Part shown: in pieces, positions 1-12,858 of the stretch | Numbering within the stretch: position 1 is the stretch's first letter | Layout of the letters: every line of letters begins with the position of its first letter | Origin: Harriotta raleighana | Taxonomy: Eukaryota | Assembly (NCBI GenBank): GCA_050575255.1 | Contig: JBNZDD010013613.1 | Location: 1,049,621 to 1,113,620 of the forward strand | Direction: 5' to 3' | DNA length: 64,000 bases | Position numbers and translations under genes: made by a program | The notes under the pieces: model-generated | What the model saw: the letters and a program-made list of their open reading frames with translations, nothing else | What the model was told of the DNA's origin: nothing | Databases searched by the model: none

Positions 1-198
1 GGACGCGATGTGTCTCCAGGCAACCGAGCTACTAATGACTCACACAGCGTGACCTCAACCAGCCTTGGTGGTGATGTTGTACAGGTCAGTGATTTGGATC
101 TGAGCTCACCGGCATCTAAACATATAAACAGAGCAAGAGATCAGACAGAAAATGAAACAAAAAAGATGAGCTCCAGAAGAGAAATTGTGCTTCTGTAA
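1..198 (+). CDS. Possible 3' end of a coding exon (frame open from the window edge to TAA at 196-198; ...SPASKHINRARDQTENETKKMSSRREIVLL*), product unknown
   Basis: 66 open codons in non-repeat sequence, with a Ser/Thr/charged low-complexity tail. The TAA overlaps GTAAGT (195-200), so this could instead be an internal exon ending at 194. No family recognised. Confidence 0.35.
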   Translation, partial: GRDVSPGNRATNDSHSVTSTSLGGDVVQVSDLDLSSPASKHINRARDQTENETKKMSSRREIVLL

Positions 199-924
199 GT
201 ACGACTGTGGAGAAACCAGCAGGATCCATTGGTAAACTCAGTGGACGAAAACAACCGTTAAACATGATAGAAATACATTCCATAATGTTAAAATCAGCCC
301 CCAAAATTAGTTGTATAGATCAACATAATGTATGACGAAACACTTCTCAAACAAATGGCAATTTCTGTGCTTTTTTTTCTGGTCAGCCGGGTGTCTGAAA
401 TTCTATGTGAAATTCTATCACCAGGCTTAAGAGTATTCAAATCAAACTGAGAATTCCATGAATNATCACCAGGCTTAAGAGTATTCAAATCAAACTTGCC
501 CTAACAGAGCTATTTGTTGGTCCCTGTAGGACAAATCCTGCTTATCTCATTCCAGGAAGGTCTTAGGCGCAGTTTCTCAAGGGCTTGGGGATCCCAGAGT
601 GTACTTTGGGAGGGAGGTAAGCAGCATTTCCCTGGAGCTAAACTGACTCCAGGATGACATGTTTGAATGTCAGAATCAAGCCAGCCCTTGGTCGGTCATC
701 CAGTTCCTGAACCAAGTTGGTCCACAAAAGCAGATCAGACTCTGGGGGCAAGGAATCATCCCACTCAGCTCCAATTAACTCCACAAGTCAAAGCCCTAAT
801 GGGTAGGGTGGTCCAAGCTGGATAAGCAATGGAAATGCTTGCCAGGCAGTGACATCAGAACAGGCATCCAAAGAATGACACTTGCAGCAACACCACTGGA
901 TTGGAGTGACAAGACTGTAAACAG

Positions 925-1200
925 CAGCAGCAACAAAATGATATTTATAGAGCACCTTTCACATCAGGGGGACGTCCCAAGGAGCTAAACAGTCAGGGCT
1001 CGGGACCCGAGTATGGCTGAGGGGCACAGTAGGGGTGAGGGGAGGCAGAGAGGTGGAAGGGCATCTGAAGACACGGTTGAAAAGCAGGGTGATGAGACCA
1101 GCCTTGAAGGAGGTATGGGAGGAAGCAAGGTGGAGGGACTGTGGGATCCAGTTCCAGAGTGTGGGGGGTGGAGAAGCTGAAAGCCCGGCCATCGATGCTA
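925..1200 (-). mobile_element. LINE2-type retrotransposon 3' fragment with type-A tail
   Basis: Minus-strand ...TLWNxIPQSL...SFKAGLxTLLF motif typical of the L2 ORF2 C-terminus, followed by the stem-loop tail and (TTG)n. Confidence 0.8.
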
Positions 1201-3009
1201 AGCTCAAAATCCTAATGTGGACTTGAACCCATCGCTCTCAGAGGTGAGTTTCAATTTGTCATTTTTTTGTCAACCTGGTCTCTGACCCATGAGGAAACCC
1301 ATCACTATGTTTATGAGTATCCACATCAAACTGAGATTTGCATGCAACCCCCCCCCTACACTTAGAAATACCAGAGATAGATTGCTTGAATGGATTGTGC
1401 ACTCTTGCCCTGGAGGGACACAGCCTTATTAACTAATTATGGAAGGTATTAGGCATAGGTTGGCAAGAGCCTTGGCTTGGGGGACACCAGAGAGTGCGTT
1501 GGGATACTGCTGGAGTCTAACCAATTAAAACCGCATACCTTGTCATTGATATTGCTGTCTAGCAAGCTTTCCCAATGCTTGTCCAGCGAGGTCCACCCTA
1601 CCTGTTGGGGCTTTGGCTTAGCACATTTTGTAAGCTTATTTTGCAAGCAGAACTAACATCTGATAGGATACATTTCACTGAAACATTTATTGCAATAAAC
1701 ACAATCTGAAGTGTCAGTTATTTTAAGAATTGCTCAAAGTACCTGTAATATCGGATTACACACTACATTAATATTTCATTTCAAATCAAATGCTTGAATT
1801 TGAGGTACATCGTACCTGTCACTGCCCAGCATGATACCTGCCGTTGGCAATAAAAGAAATGAACAAAGAGAACAAAATCTCTCCCACTGATTTCACCTGT
1901 GTAATGGTATATCGAAGCCATTTAGACTGGAGCATGTCTGATGCTGCTGACGTTACCTTGCTTGTTATCATTCTCCTGATTTATGATAATGGAGCATCTT
2001 ATAAACCATGTGAAAAACACAAGAAGAATACTAAATAAACCTTGGAATTGTTATAGCACTTTTCACATCAGGAGAACATCCCCAAATTCTGCGCTTTCAC
2101 CTCTACAAAACCCTCCAGCCTCCATCCTCAGCTCAGGAGCCCAGCCATTAGTGTGGAGACACCCTTCTGACAGGAGAGGTAAATTGTATTGTAAAAGTGT
2201 ATTACATTGCACTTTCGTGGCATTTGAAACAACGCAGAAAAACATGAATGCTTCATGGGTGTTGGTACCCAGCTCAGAGTCAAATGAAGTTTCTGAAGAC
2301 AGTATCTGACTGTAAGTTGTTAAAGGTCACAAGCAAAAATGAGCAGCTGACAGTTTGGGTTTTATCCCAGGGCACATGAATCATAACACACTTTCTCCAG
2401 ATGGTGAATCTCTGGCCTGAACCTGTTAAACACAGTACAGCAGTGTCTCATAGTGGAATCTTCTATATCCGTCCTCCACCAGTGAATACATTACCACAGT
2501 AAAAATGCGGAGATTTTTTTTAATCACGGTAATAACTTACTTTAAAAAAATCCTTCGCTGCCAATGGCTTTTGACAAACATTCTCTTTCATACTGAGAAC
2601 ACATAGGGGAAGAAATGAAAGTGCTGACTTAACCAAAGTGACTATGTGAGCAAGGCGGTCTAGATTTGTGATTTGCACTGGCCGGTTTACAATTGTCAGG
2701 TCGTCGCACAGGAATCATTTTATAGGAAGTTTCACACCCCCTTTCAAAAACTATTCACATTAAAGCAAGTTTCTATATATAAAAAAAACCTTCTCCCCAC
2801 ATCTTGCTTTCACATTGACTGGTTTCACCTACATTCTAATGTAAAATTGTCAGCTTGATTTAAGCGATTGCATTCTTACCTCAGATTCAGAAGCTGGCGG
2901 GATCGAGCTCCATGTCACAATGTGAACTTATATAGAGTCTAGGCCAGCATTGGCCAACTTTTATCGTCAGCCAGCAAAATAAATTTTCATGATTGAAGAT
3001 TTATTGATT

Positions 3010-3170
3010 TACCCCGTCCATCTGCACCCTTCCCAATGCCTTGACATCCTTCCTAAAGTGTGGTGACCAGAATTGGACACAGTACTCGAGCTGAGGCCTA
3101 ACCAAAGTTTTAATAGAGGTTAGTCAGAACTTCCTGACTAACTGAATCGATACTGTACTATCCCTTGTGC
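3010..3170 (-). mobile_element. CR1-type LINE fragment
   Basis: Shares 'gtgtg(g/a)tgaccagaattggacacagtact...aaccaaagttt' with the CR1 copy at 20200-20260. Confidence 0.65.
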
Positions 3171-5434
3171 TTCTTTCTAGAACTCAGCTTTTTGAATCAA
3201 AGAAACATATTATAAAAAATAACAAATCGATTGATATTTTTAAAATAATACTCTGCGTTTGATATAATATGTCAGAGATTTTTTTAAAGTGCAGTGATTA
3301 AGTAATCCTTAGCAGATCAATTGTTGGCTGGAAATTATGATACAGCACCTATAACCACTGAACAGGCAGACAAGATCTCATGCAAAAGACAACATCTACA
3401 GCAATGCAACAGCCCCTAGACCTGCTCTGAGCTGACAGCCAAGACAGTGAGCTTGAAGTATTGACAAGGGGTAACTTCTGTCCCAAAGACAAAAGGTCTC
3501 CTAGACTATTATCAAACGTTGAGGCCTATACGTAACAAGAAATGATCTGATACGGATCATAACAACTCTTTTTTTTTCTGCAGGTTAGTTCCGGTACTTT
3601 CTGTGAGTTTTGTCACATGCTTTGAATGTTTTTTCCTGTGTTTAATCACTTCTCCATTACCATGGTTGGTATGACCTCAGCACAATCTAAAATGTATTTC
3701 AGCTGTGCTCATTTCCTCTGAGAAACAATGATCCTCTCACCCACTAATGTGCAGTTCCCATGTTGAGGAGAGGCAGATGATTCAATCAATTCCATTGTCC
3801 ACCTCAATCTCTTTAGATCAGTGGATTGTGAGGCCAGGTGACGTTCACGTGGAACTAAGTTAGAGATATTTTAAGGAGAACTGAGGCCCTTTAAAATGTA
3901 ATATGTGTTTAAAAAATGAAAACATGGGGGAGCAGGGAATCAAGGGTTGGGGGAAGACTATGAGTGAGGAAAAATTGGAAGGGAGAGGTGATTGCTTTCA
4001 TGGTCGAAGAGGTTGGTTTTAAGGTATGAACTAAAGAGAGATAAGAGAGGAGGCGAGACGGAGACAGAGAGTGCCAGATTTGAGGGGCATGGGAACTGAA
4101 GACTCAGTCATTGATGGAAGGGACAAGGATGCATAGCAACCCTGTAATAGCTGAGTGGAGGGGACAACAACAACAACAAAATTACACTTATAGAGCGCGT
4201 TTCACGTCAGGAGGACGTCCCAAAGAGCTGGACAGATTGGTTCAGGACAAGCAGAGGAGCAGGAAAATAAAATTGCTTGACCGTATAAAAAATAAAAGAG
4301 GGAAAAGTTTATTAAATTGGAGACAGATGGAGAGTAAGTGTGATATTGTGAAGAATAATAATAATAATAATAATCCTGGCATTTGATATGGAGCCTAATC
4401 ATCTTTTCATGACATCTCAAAGTACTGCTAAGAATATACCGTAAAGTGAATTGACTGTAGATTCTTGTGTGCAAATGCCCACCCATCGGTGGTGGGGCCA
4501 TCAGATGCTCTGCCACCACCTTTTGCGACTCCATCCTGCAGTCCCTTCCACTTGCTCCCTCCCTTGTCTCCATCAAGATAAGTCTCAAGACTCTCCTCTC
4601 TGACTGGCCTTTGGCCACCCTCCTAAACCTACCCTCCCTGTCTTCCATCCTCGTGAGCCCAATCCCCTGCTCGAGTCCAAATCCCTGATGGTCCAGTGAC
4701 ATGGGATGTCCTTCTGTCATGAATGGAATACGTTGTTACCCGAAAACCAAATGCGAAGCAAATGCGAAGCAAATGCTCTAAACAAGACGTCACAGAATTA
4801 CTTACTACAGGAATCTGAATAACTAGTTCTGAAACTGTTCTGAAAACTAGATTGTTTTCCCCTTCATGTATTCCTTGTTAACTGGCCAAACAAGACAGCT
4901 TCATTCATTATTGATCAGTGAATCCCTGAAGTGACAAACGCAGATAATTTGAAACAATAAGGTTTCCTGATTGAATCATTTTAATCTGAGCAATTTAATT
5001 TAACACATTGCAGAAAATTGTAAGTCTATTTCTAATTTCGTTATGATCATTGCAAATCTAATAGACAACAACATTTTTGATTTGCTAAATTATTGAATTA
5101 CAAAATCAAAAAAAAGGGGAAGAAAAAGACAATTCTCAAAGATTATTCTTTGTAATAATTTAATGTGGGAATAAGTCCCCGTTCTTTGAAATTCTCTCCC
5201 CAAATCACGTCCTCTCCCTCCTGACAAAATCCCCTTCAAAACCTGTAAACCTAGTTCAATTGGGTCTACTTTTGCTCACTTTTGACACCAATTCAGTGCT
5301 GGTGATTAACACTGCGTATTAAACCAAGGTTTTGGTAGTTGAACATTAAAGATCCCATAACACTACTCAACAAGCAAAGGGGAGTTTTTCACTGTGTTCT
5401 GGCCAACAATCCACTCGATAAAATTGGTTCAAAA

Positions 5435-6091
5435 ATGCAAAATACTGTACTGCAGATGTTGGTAAATCTGAAACGAAAACAGAAATCGCTGGGAACACTC
5501 AGTAGGTCAGGCAGCATCTCCAGGTCTATGTGTGATTGTTGGTGGACTGGAAGCAGGAAGGATGGAATTGAAGATGAAATCCATATGGAATTACCCGGAG
5601 TTTAATAACAAAATAATAATCACCTCGCATTTGATATAGGGCTTTTCATGTCTTCTGGATGTCTCAAAGCACTTCACAGAATATACTGTAAAGTGAATTG
5701 ACTGTATATTTGTGGGCAGTGTCCCACAAACAGTCATGGATTGAAGTGACCGATTTTTTTCAAGGGATTATTATCAGGCGTGTGGAATAAGGAAACTTGC
5801 CCAAGGTTTCGCCCTTTAAGACAGTTACTGAGGAAAGAGATATGGCTGTGAAAACAGGTTTTAGTAAATGCGTCAAACACAAGAAGGAAAACAGATAGCA
5901 ACAACAGCAAAATTACCTTTATAGTGCGTCTTTCACGTCGGGACGACGCAAAGACAGTGAGCAGAGTCAAAGGGAGGATTGAAAGTCACGTCATAGAAAA
6001 GAGCAAAACTTCTTCCAATTAGGCATTTCTAGAAGCAAGATACTGCCTGACCTGCTGAGTGTTCCCAGCGATCTCTGTTTTTGTTTCAGAT
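5435..6091. mobile_element. Penelope-like element terminal remnants in inverted orientation, interrupted by a SINE and an L2 tail
   Basis: 5466-5519 and 6038-6091 are reverse complements at 50 of 54 bases. The same motif (aaacagaaat.gctgggaacactcagcaggtcaggcagcatc) occurs at 49310 and 50727. Confidence 0.65.
5625..5812 (-). mobile_element. tRNA-derived SINE, partial copy
   Basis: Matches the body and tail of the full-length copies at 12559-12858 and 38370-38700. Confidence 0.8.
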
Positions 6092-6289
6092 AAAATTGGT
6101 TGTTCACTTCATGGCTGTATATGGGACATTTCTGTGTGCAGGTTGACTGCCTCCATCACCCACAAAATACACAGTCACTTTGTACTTTGCAGTTAATCGT
6201 GTTAAGTCATCCTCCTAATGTTAGAAATGAAAAGCCTAGTACCATTATTGATTTGATCGCCACTTTGGCCACCAGCTTAAAACTTCCAT

Positions 6290-6600
6290 CCATTTGATTC
6301 CAGGCAGGGAGAAACCTTGGGCAAGTTTCCTTACTCCAAGTGCCTGATAATAAACCCTCAAGGAAAAAAAAACAATAATAAATTGGTCATTTCAATCCAC
6401 GACTGTTTGTGGGGACAACTGACTGCCATGTTTCCCCCCACAAATATACAGTCAATTCACTTTACAGTGTATTCTGTGAAGCGCTTTGAGACATCAACAA
6501 CAAAATTACACTTGTACAGCCCCTTTCATGTCAGGAGGACGTCCCAAGGCCCTGGAAGACATGTACAGCACTATATCAAATGCAAAGATTATTATTATTA
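6290..6600 (+). mobile_element. tRNA-derived SINE copy with an L2 type-A tail inserted in its 3' stem-loop
   Basis: SINE body and tail 'gcgctttgagacatc...tggaagacatg...tatatcaaatgcaaagattatt' are split by a minus-strand L2 tail at about 6496-6552. Confidence 0.75.
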
Positions 6601-7414
6601 TTCATTGTTAAAGAAATTTACAGCAGAGAAGGAGGCCATTCAGCTCATTTAGTCTACACCGGCTTTCAGAGCAAGCTCTTCTTTCAATCACACTGCTCTG
6701 CCATTCTCCAAACCCAAACTTGGCAGAGAAATCCATACTGCAACAACTCTTTTTTTTTTAAAAAAACAACTGCATACTGGAAGTCCAAGCTGGAGGCAGC
6801 ACGAATCGTGCTGTTTTGTAAGTATGTCTGCATAGGTTGTGGCATGTAGCAAAGAAATGTTTTTCTCTTCCACCCACTAACCCTCTCCCCTCCCAACACA
6901 AGTGCTTCACATTGCCTAGGAAGAGTGAAGAGTAAAGATTGAGCTATCTGAAAGAACAGTCCTCAGTTTGAATATTGTGAATGAGAAACAGGATTTATCA
7001 AGTCAATTCAGGGCTTTATCATGTTGAAGCTAAGCAAGTTATCAATAAGACATCATTTCATTTTCCAGCTCCTTTAAGATAGAGGGTTGTCACAAGAAAG
7101 TACCATGACTATTTTAGGAGTTTCAGCCCTTTTTATAACCATAATCACTTTTTATTTGAAAACTCTAGTTCCTCCTCTACTGTTCCTGGAAACCTAATTT
7201 CTCACTTGGCAAAATTCCCATCCTCTTCCACTGTAAAGATAAATGTGAAGTAACAAGTTTTTAAAGTGCTAAATTTTATAACTGGTTTATCATTAATATT
7301 TTTACCTTTATTCACTCTTCAATTGGTTGGTTTCACAGCTACATAGTGTTTGCCAAAGAAGGACATGGATCAAACCCGACCGATTGCAACACTCAACGTG
7401 GTAATAAATAGGAA

Positions 7415-7820
7415 CAAAAGATATTCTCATTGGAACAGAGAAGGTTGCAAGGAGACCAAATAGAGGTTTTAAAGGTCATGAGGGAATTCGACAGAGTTGA
7501 TAGGGAAAAACTGTTTCCACTGGTGGGCGTATCAGTGACTCATGGTCACAGATTTAAAATAGTTTCAAAAATAAGCGGGGGAGAGGTGAGGAGAAATGTT
7601 TTCGTTCAATGAGTTGTTCGAATCTGGAACGCATTGCCTGAAAAGGTGGTGGAGGCCGAGGCGATAGCAACCTTTAAAAGAGAGGCAGACATTTATTTGG
7701 GGAGGACAGGTTATGGGGAGAGAGCTGGGGAGTGGGATTAAATTGCTCTTTTCAAAGAGTCGACACAGATAAGATGGTCCAAATGGGCTCCTTTTGTTCA
7801 GTAAGATTCTATGATTCTAA
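7415..7820 (+). mobile_element. CR1-type LINE 3' end
   Basis: Translates to EQRRLQGDQIEVLKVMREFDRVDREKLFPL..THGHRFK..IWNALPEKVVEA (CR1 ORF2 C-terminus) and ends in (ATTCTATG)n. Confidence 0.9.
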
Positions 7821-8134
7821 CCTTACAATTATTATATCTTTGCAACACTATCATTGAAGAGATTTAACAATATCAGTGAAGAGATTTAACAATAGTTAAG
7901 AACTGAATGTTTTAAAGTGAAATATAAGGTTGAAAATTGTGAAATTTCATGACGTGTTGACCAAATGCATTAGGCAAGTTAGTCAGGCTCAGTTGGGAGC
8001 ACTTTTGCCTCTCGTCAGGGTATTGTGAGTTCATTCTGCATGTCACGATCTTGAACTCAGAGTCCAGGCTGATGCTATGATGCAGTATACAGTTTATACT
8101 GTGAAGCAAGGATTTTTATTTTGGATGGAATTAG

Positions 8135-8520
8135 CAAACAACAACATAATTACACTTGTACAGTGCTTTTCACCTCTGGAGGACATGCTAAAGTGCTGGA
8201 CAGTCATTGTTTGAGACCCGAGCTGGGGGTCAGGGAGGCTGGAGGGAAGGGGGGCATTTGGGGTGACTGATTTGGACCATCGAAGAGAAGGGTCTTGAGG
8301 CGGGACTTAAAGGAGGCCAGTGGCGAGGCGGAGGGACTGCAGGATGAAGTTCCAGAGCTTGGGGACAGAGTGGCTGAAAGCTCATCAGACAATGTTGGGG
8401 CGGGTGGGTTGAGGGACATGGAGAGGCCAGAGCCTGCTTGAGTAGAGGGCAGGTTGGTAGGGGGTTCGGCGGTCGCAGATGTAGGGTGGAGCAAGGCTGT
8501 GGTGGGCTTTGAATGTGAAG
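8135..8520 (-). mobile_element. LINE2 3' fragment with type-A tail
   Basis: SFKSRLKTLLFD motif, stem-loop tail and (TTG)n. Confidence 0.8.
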
Positions 8521-9539
8521 GCACATAGCTTTAATAAAATTTATGGAATGTCCCAACTTATAAGTTATAAGTGTGAGTCTCACATAACCATTGGATCATA
8601 GACAGTTACAGGACAGAAGCCTATTCAGTGCGTCTGTGCTGTCCACATCAAGAGCAATTCTTTCATTCCCACTTACCACCCTATACCCTTGCAGCTGACG
8701 CTTTTTAAGATAACTCTTTCTTAGGTTACCTGTTTTTCAAATTCAATTAACTTGGAAGAGTTCTGTAAGCGTCCAGTCAAAGAGCAAGATGAATTTTCAA
8801 GACTATTTTTGGACTGATTGCTAACAGTTATCTAAAAAGATGATGCCCTAATGTTCTTCCCTCAATGGGGAAATACTAGGTGGGTGGATTAACTCATTGT
8901 GTGTTAGAAAGAGGAGAAATAGAAACAAAATACAAGTCCAAATCTCCAATGGTTACAATACAAGATTTTATCCACACAAGTAGTGTTGCATTTCATTGTA
9001 TATTTATTTTCCTAGCTTGTAGCAAAAAGGATTTTATTATATTTTGAGGGTAAACTATAATTCCATTGCTATCTTATGAACTTCAGAGTTCAACTGTTTC
9101 CAGTGTTGTAGAGGAGAATGGTCAATACCTTAGGTAAGTGTTCACATACTTTTTCTCTCAGCAAAGAATTTTTATTTGGTGGGGAGGGGATGGGTGCGAG
9201 GTCAGCCAGGAGTCTGACACATACAATGGCTTGAGCAACAATTTCTTACCTCTCTTGCAAACCAATCGTGTTCATATGTGAACTTCATATGAACTTATTT
9301 GTTCATACACCCGGACACTCCAGGTAACACTTTCCAGTGGGTGTTGCCTCAAGCCCAGAATTTCCTCTACAGTATTTAGCTCTTCAGTGGACAGCTACCT
9401 TCAGCAAGGAAAATAATGTCTTGTCGGTAACATTTGATGTTTATCTAAATTTCTAAGAAAAATCTTACTTTTGTTTCCAAACAATTAATCTTCAGGATAT
9501 TGTAAATGACCCAGTCAAAGAGATTTACTGTAAAGACAC

Positions 9540-9862
9540 CTCCCCATCCCTCCAACCTCCTCACTCCCCAATCCACCTGCTCGACTGCCACCGGCCTCCT
9601 CTCCGCTCCACAGATGAGGTCGCATTTTCAGCCAGTGTGTCCCCAAACTCTGAAACACTCTCCTTCAATCACTGCATCTTGCCCCCCCCCCTCTGCTACT
9701 TTTCAAATCCCACCTGTACACCTTCCTCCTCAACTGTGCTTATGGCCACCTCCCCCCACCCCACCTCACCCCCACCCCGGAGTCAGGCTATGCCACTGTT
9801 AAGCGCTCCGAGATGCCACCTGGGGTGGAGGGCACTATGTAAGTGCAAGTTGTTGTTATTGT
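9540..9862 (+). mobile_element. LINE2 3' fragment with type-B tail (diverged)
   Basis: Pyrimidine-rich L2 end plus 'aagcgctccgagatgcc...ggagggcactatgtaagtgcaagttgttg'. Confidence 0.65.
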
Positions 9863-10591
9863 GGTAGACAGATATACTTAGGTTAAGAACACATGCACTC
9901 GAGGTTGTTAGAATCCTTTCATTGCTCTCATCACTACCTGTCTCTTTGACCACCAATTGAACGTGTGTTGTGTATACCGAGATTTGTGTTGTGCAGACTG
10001 AGCCACTGTCCTCTCATCTCTTGGCCCCTATTTAGCATAAAATAATTGCGGGTTTAGGAGCAAACGTATTTCAGAGCAGTGCACTTATTAGTGCCAAGAA
10101 ACAGCAATGAATGTGCATAAAACAACTATTACTGCCCTTTGAAGTGGATGGAAATAACACAATACACATTTCTGGCTTAACATCCTGTGCCTTCATTCTG
10201 AAATCCGATTATTTGTCAAACGTCTGCCTACAAAATACATAATCACAACAATAAATTGTGTGAAACCCTTCGAGACAACTTCCTGATGTGAAAGGCAGAA
10301 TATCAAATACTGTATAAGGATTATCTATTTAAACAAGGTTTGCATGTTCTGATTGCTGTTTGATTTTTTTTTAAAAATTGGTTTTATTATCCTTGCCCAG
10401 GGATAAATAAAGCCCAAATTAATGCTTCAAAATTGTTGAGTTAAATTGCAAGCAGTGACTGGCAAGCCTTCTCCTGCTTGCCCCAAATGGGACCACCATA
10501 CCCATTAGGCCTAGAAGCCAACAGGAGCTGAGGGAGAAGAATCTTTGTTCAACGTAACATCAAAAGCATCATGACAGCAGTACACCATATG

Positions 10592-10830
10592 TAGAATCAT
10601 AGAATCCTATAGCACGGAAGAAGGCCATTCAGCCCATCGTGTCTGTGTCGCCACTTTGAAAATACTATCCTATTAGTCCCGCTCTTTTCCTGTAGCTTTG
10701 CAAATTCTCTCATGGTATATACCCAATTCCCTTTTGAAAGCTATCATCGAATCTGCTTCCCCATCCTTTCAGGCAGTGCATTCCAGATCATAGCATCGCG
10801 CTGCATAAATGCATTTCTTCTCATCTCCCT
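10592..10830 (-). mobile_element. CR1 3' UTR fragment
   Basis: Begins with agaatcatagaat (CR1 terminal repeat) and is homologous to 19683-19930. Confidence 0.75.
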
Positions 10831-11244
10831 TTTGGTTTTTTGCCCTATGGATCAATTGGAAAACTATCTACTGTAGTTATGAAACCCCAAACTCAGCCCA
10901 GATGTTGGGATGGCACTTGTGTGCTAATGGCTCTGGCTGGTATTTAGCTAGGGATACATACTTAATTCTTTCTAAAACAACTCCAGGGATTACAAATAGA
11001 ACTGCCCAATTCCACACCAAGGTGAATAGGAGCTATTCCCATTTACAGGAACATAATCCATCTCACCATGGTTCTCCATAAAAATGGTTTTATTTGACGG
11101 AGAAATGACGAGCTTGAAGTCATCGTTTCAAACTGATCCTTGATATCTGCTGACAAATAACCTCAGTATAAACAGAAGTGGCTATATTATTTTTCAGTCA
11201 TTCTTTAAATTTGGATAGTATTACCCAAATACTACGTGCATTGG

Positions 11245-11660
11245 TAACAACAACAACTTGGATTTATATAGCGCCCTCCATGCCAGACAGCATCTCAGAG
11301 TGTTTCACAATAGCAGAGCCCAAGCTAGGGGGAGGGGGAAGGTGACCATAGGCGTTGGTCGAACAGAGAGGTCATTTAGACATTTTATGTCTAAAAATAG
11401 AAAAGGAGGGGGTGAGGAGGAGGGATTGAGGGAGGTAGCTCCAGAGTTTCGAGGCCTTGTGGTTAAAAGCATGGCCGCCAATGGTGGAGTGGAGGATTCG
11501 GGGGACAAGGAGGAGGCCAGACTCAGTAGAGCAGAAGCAGTGGGTATTGCTGTGAGGAGAGAGCTGAGAGAGGTAGGAAGGTGCAGAGGAGTAGAGGGAT
11601 TTACATACAAGAGTGAGGATCTTAAAGTCGATCTGTGACGGGAAGCCAGAGAAGTCTGGC
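11245..11660 (-). mobile_element. LINE2 3' fragment with type-B tail
   Basis: [25 protein letters not shown]...GGHAFNHKASKLWSYLP is the L2 ORF2 C-terminal domain. Confidence 0.85.
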
Positions 11661-12558
11661 AAGGACCGGGCTAATTGTCGAGCAACATTTGGTTCAGGTG
11701 AAATTTGGTAGGTAACAAAGATTGATGAAAAAGAAATGCATAAGTAAATGAAACATTCACATTTCATTCAGTCATCTTATATTCTTGAAACTTGTGAAAA
11801 CTAATTCTGGCAGTACTTTTATATAAACAGCTCTCGCCGAACAAAACATTGGCAAAGACCATGATTAAAGTATTACTATTTCAGCATTCAATTATTCTAC
11901 CATTGCTGTTCCAATTTGAAAACTGTTTTGATTACACCTTTGGCTGCCATTTTCACCTAAATACACAGCCACCAGACTTTAGAATATATTAGGTGAAGTG
12001 CTTTGAAATAACGTCATGAAATGATAGGTGCTATATCAAACGTAAGAATTATTATTAAGGACTATCATTATGTTCAGGTAATTCAAATGTTATTTTTTCA
12101 TCAAAGCCAACAACATTACACAGGCCGCGAATACATTCAAAATCTGAATCTTGCCTCTCAACGACATACTTTGTCAAAATCATCTGAGTGGAGGCACTGA
12201 ATCAATACAGCTCTCATGGCAAAGTATCAAAGGGTCTGTTTTCAGCATTTTATTCAATGTTTATGCTTACATCTCTTTACCTCCTAATTTTTGCAACGTT
12301 CTATTCAATGGACATCCTCAGAAAANGGCAAAGTATCAAAGGGTCTGTTTTCAGCATTTTATTCAATGTTTATGCTCACATCTCTTTACCTCCTAATTTT
12401 TGCAACGTTCTATGCAATGGACACCCTCACAAATTTGAAACTGTTTTTAGCCCAATGTTGTGAGCAAAATGACTGCCATGTTCGATTCCAAAATGTCCAG
12501 TTATTATACTTTATCGCAAATCCTGTAAAGGACTTTGAGATGTCCTCCTGACAGTAAA

Positions 12559-12858
12559 GGAGTTCGTAGCTCAGTATTTAGAGCACTCATCTTACAAGCG
12601 AGAGACCTGGGTTCAATTCCCAGCAGGCAAATTTCCTTACTCCACATGCCTAATAATAATCCCTCGGTGGGGGGGGGGAAAGCAATAAGAAATTAGTCAT
12701 TTCAATCCAAGACTGTTTGTGGAACATTGCTTTGCACAATCTGCGCGTTTCGCCCACAAATAGACAGTCAATTCACTTGAGAGGGTTTTCTGTGAAGCGC
12801 TTTGCGATGTCTAGAAGACGTGAAAAGCACTGTATCAAATTGAAAGGATTATTATTTT
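12559..12858 (+). mobile_element. Near full-length tRNA-derived SINE (Pol III A and B boxes, Deu-type 3' body, L2-like stem-loop tail)
   Basis: A box tagctcagt..ttag, B box ggttcaattccc, anticodon-like arm with TAC, and tail ending (ATT)n. Confidence 0.85.

Noticed and set aside
2880-2990. Minus-strand donor GAG/gtaaga suggesting an exon
   Set aside because: The sequence matches a decayed tRNA-SINE head.
12565-12625. tRNA-Val(TAC)-like sequence (also at about 15000-15060, 38640-38700 and 44820-44970)
   Set aside because: These are SINE heads: there is no proper acceptor stem and each continues into the SINE body.
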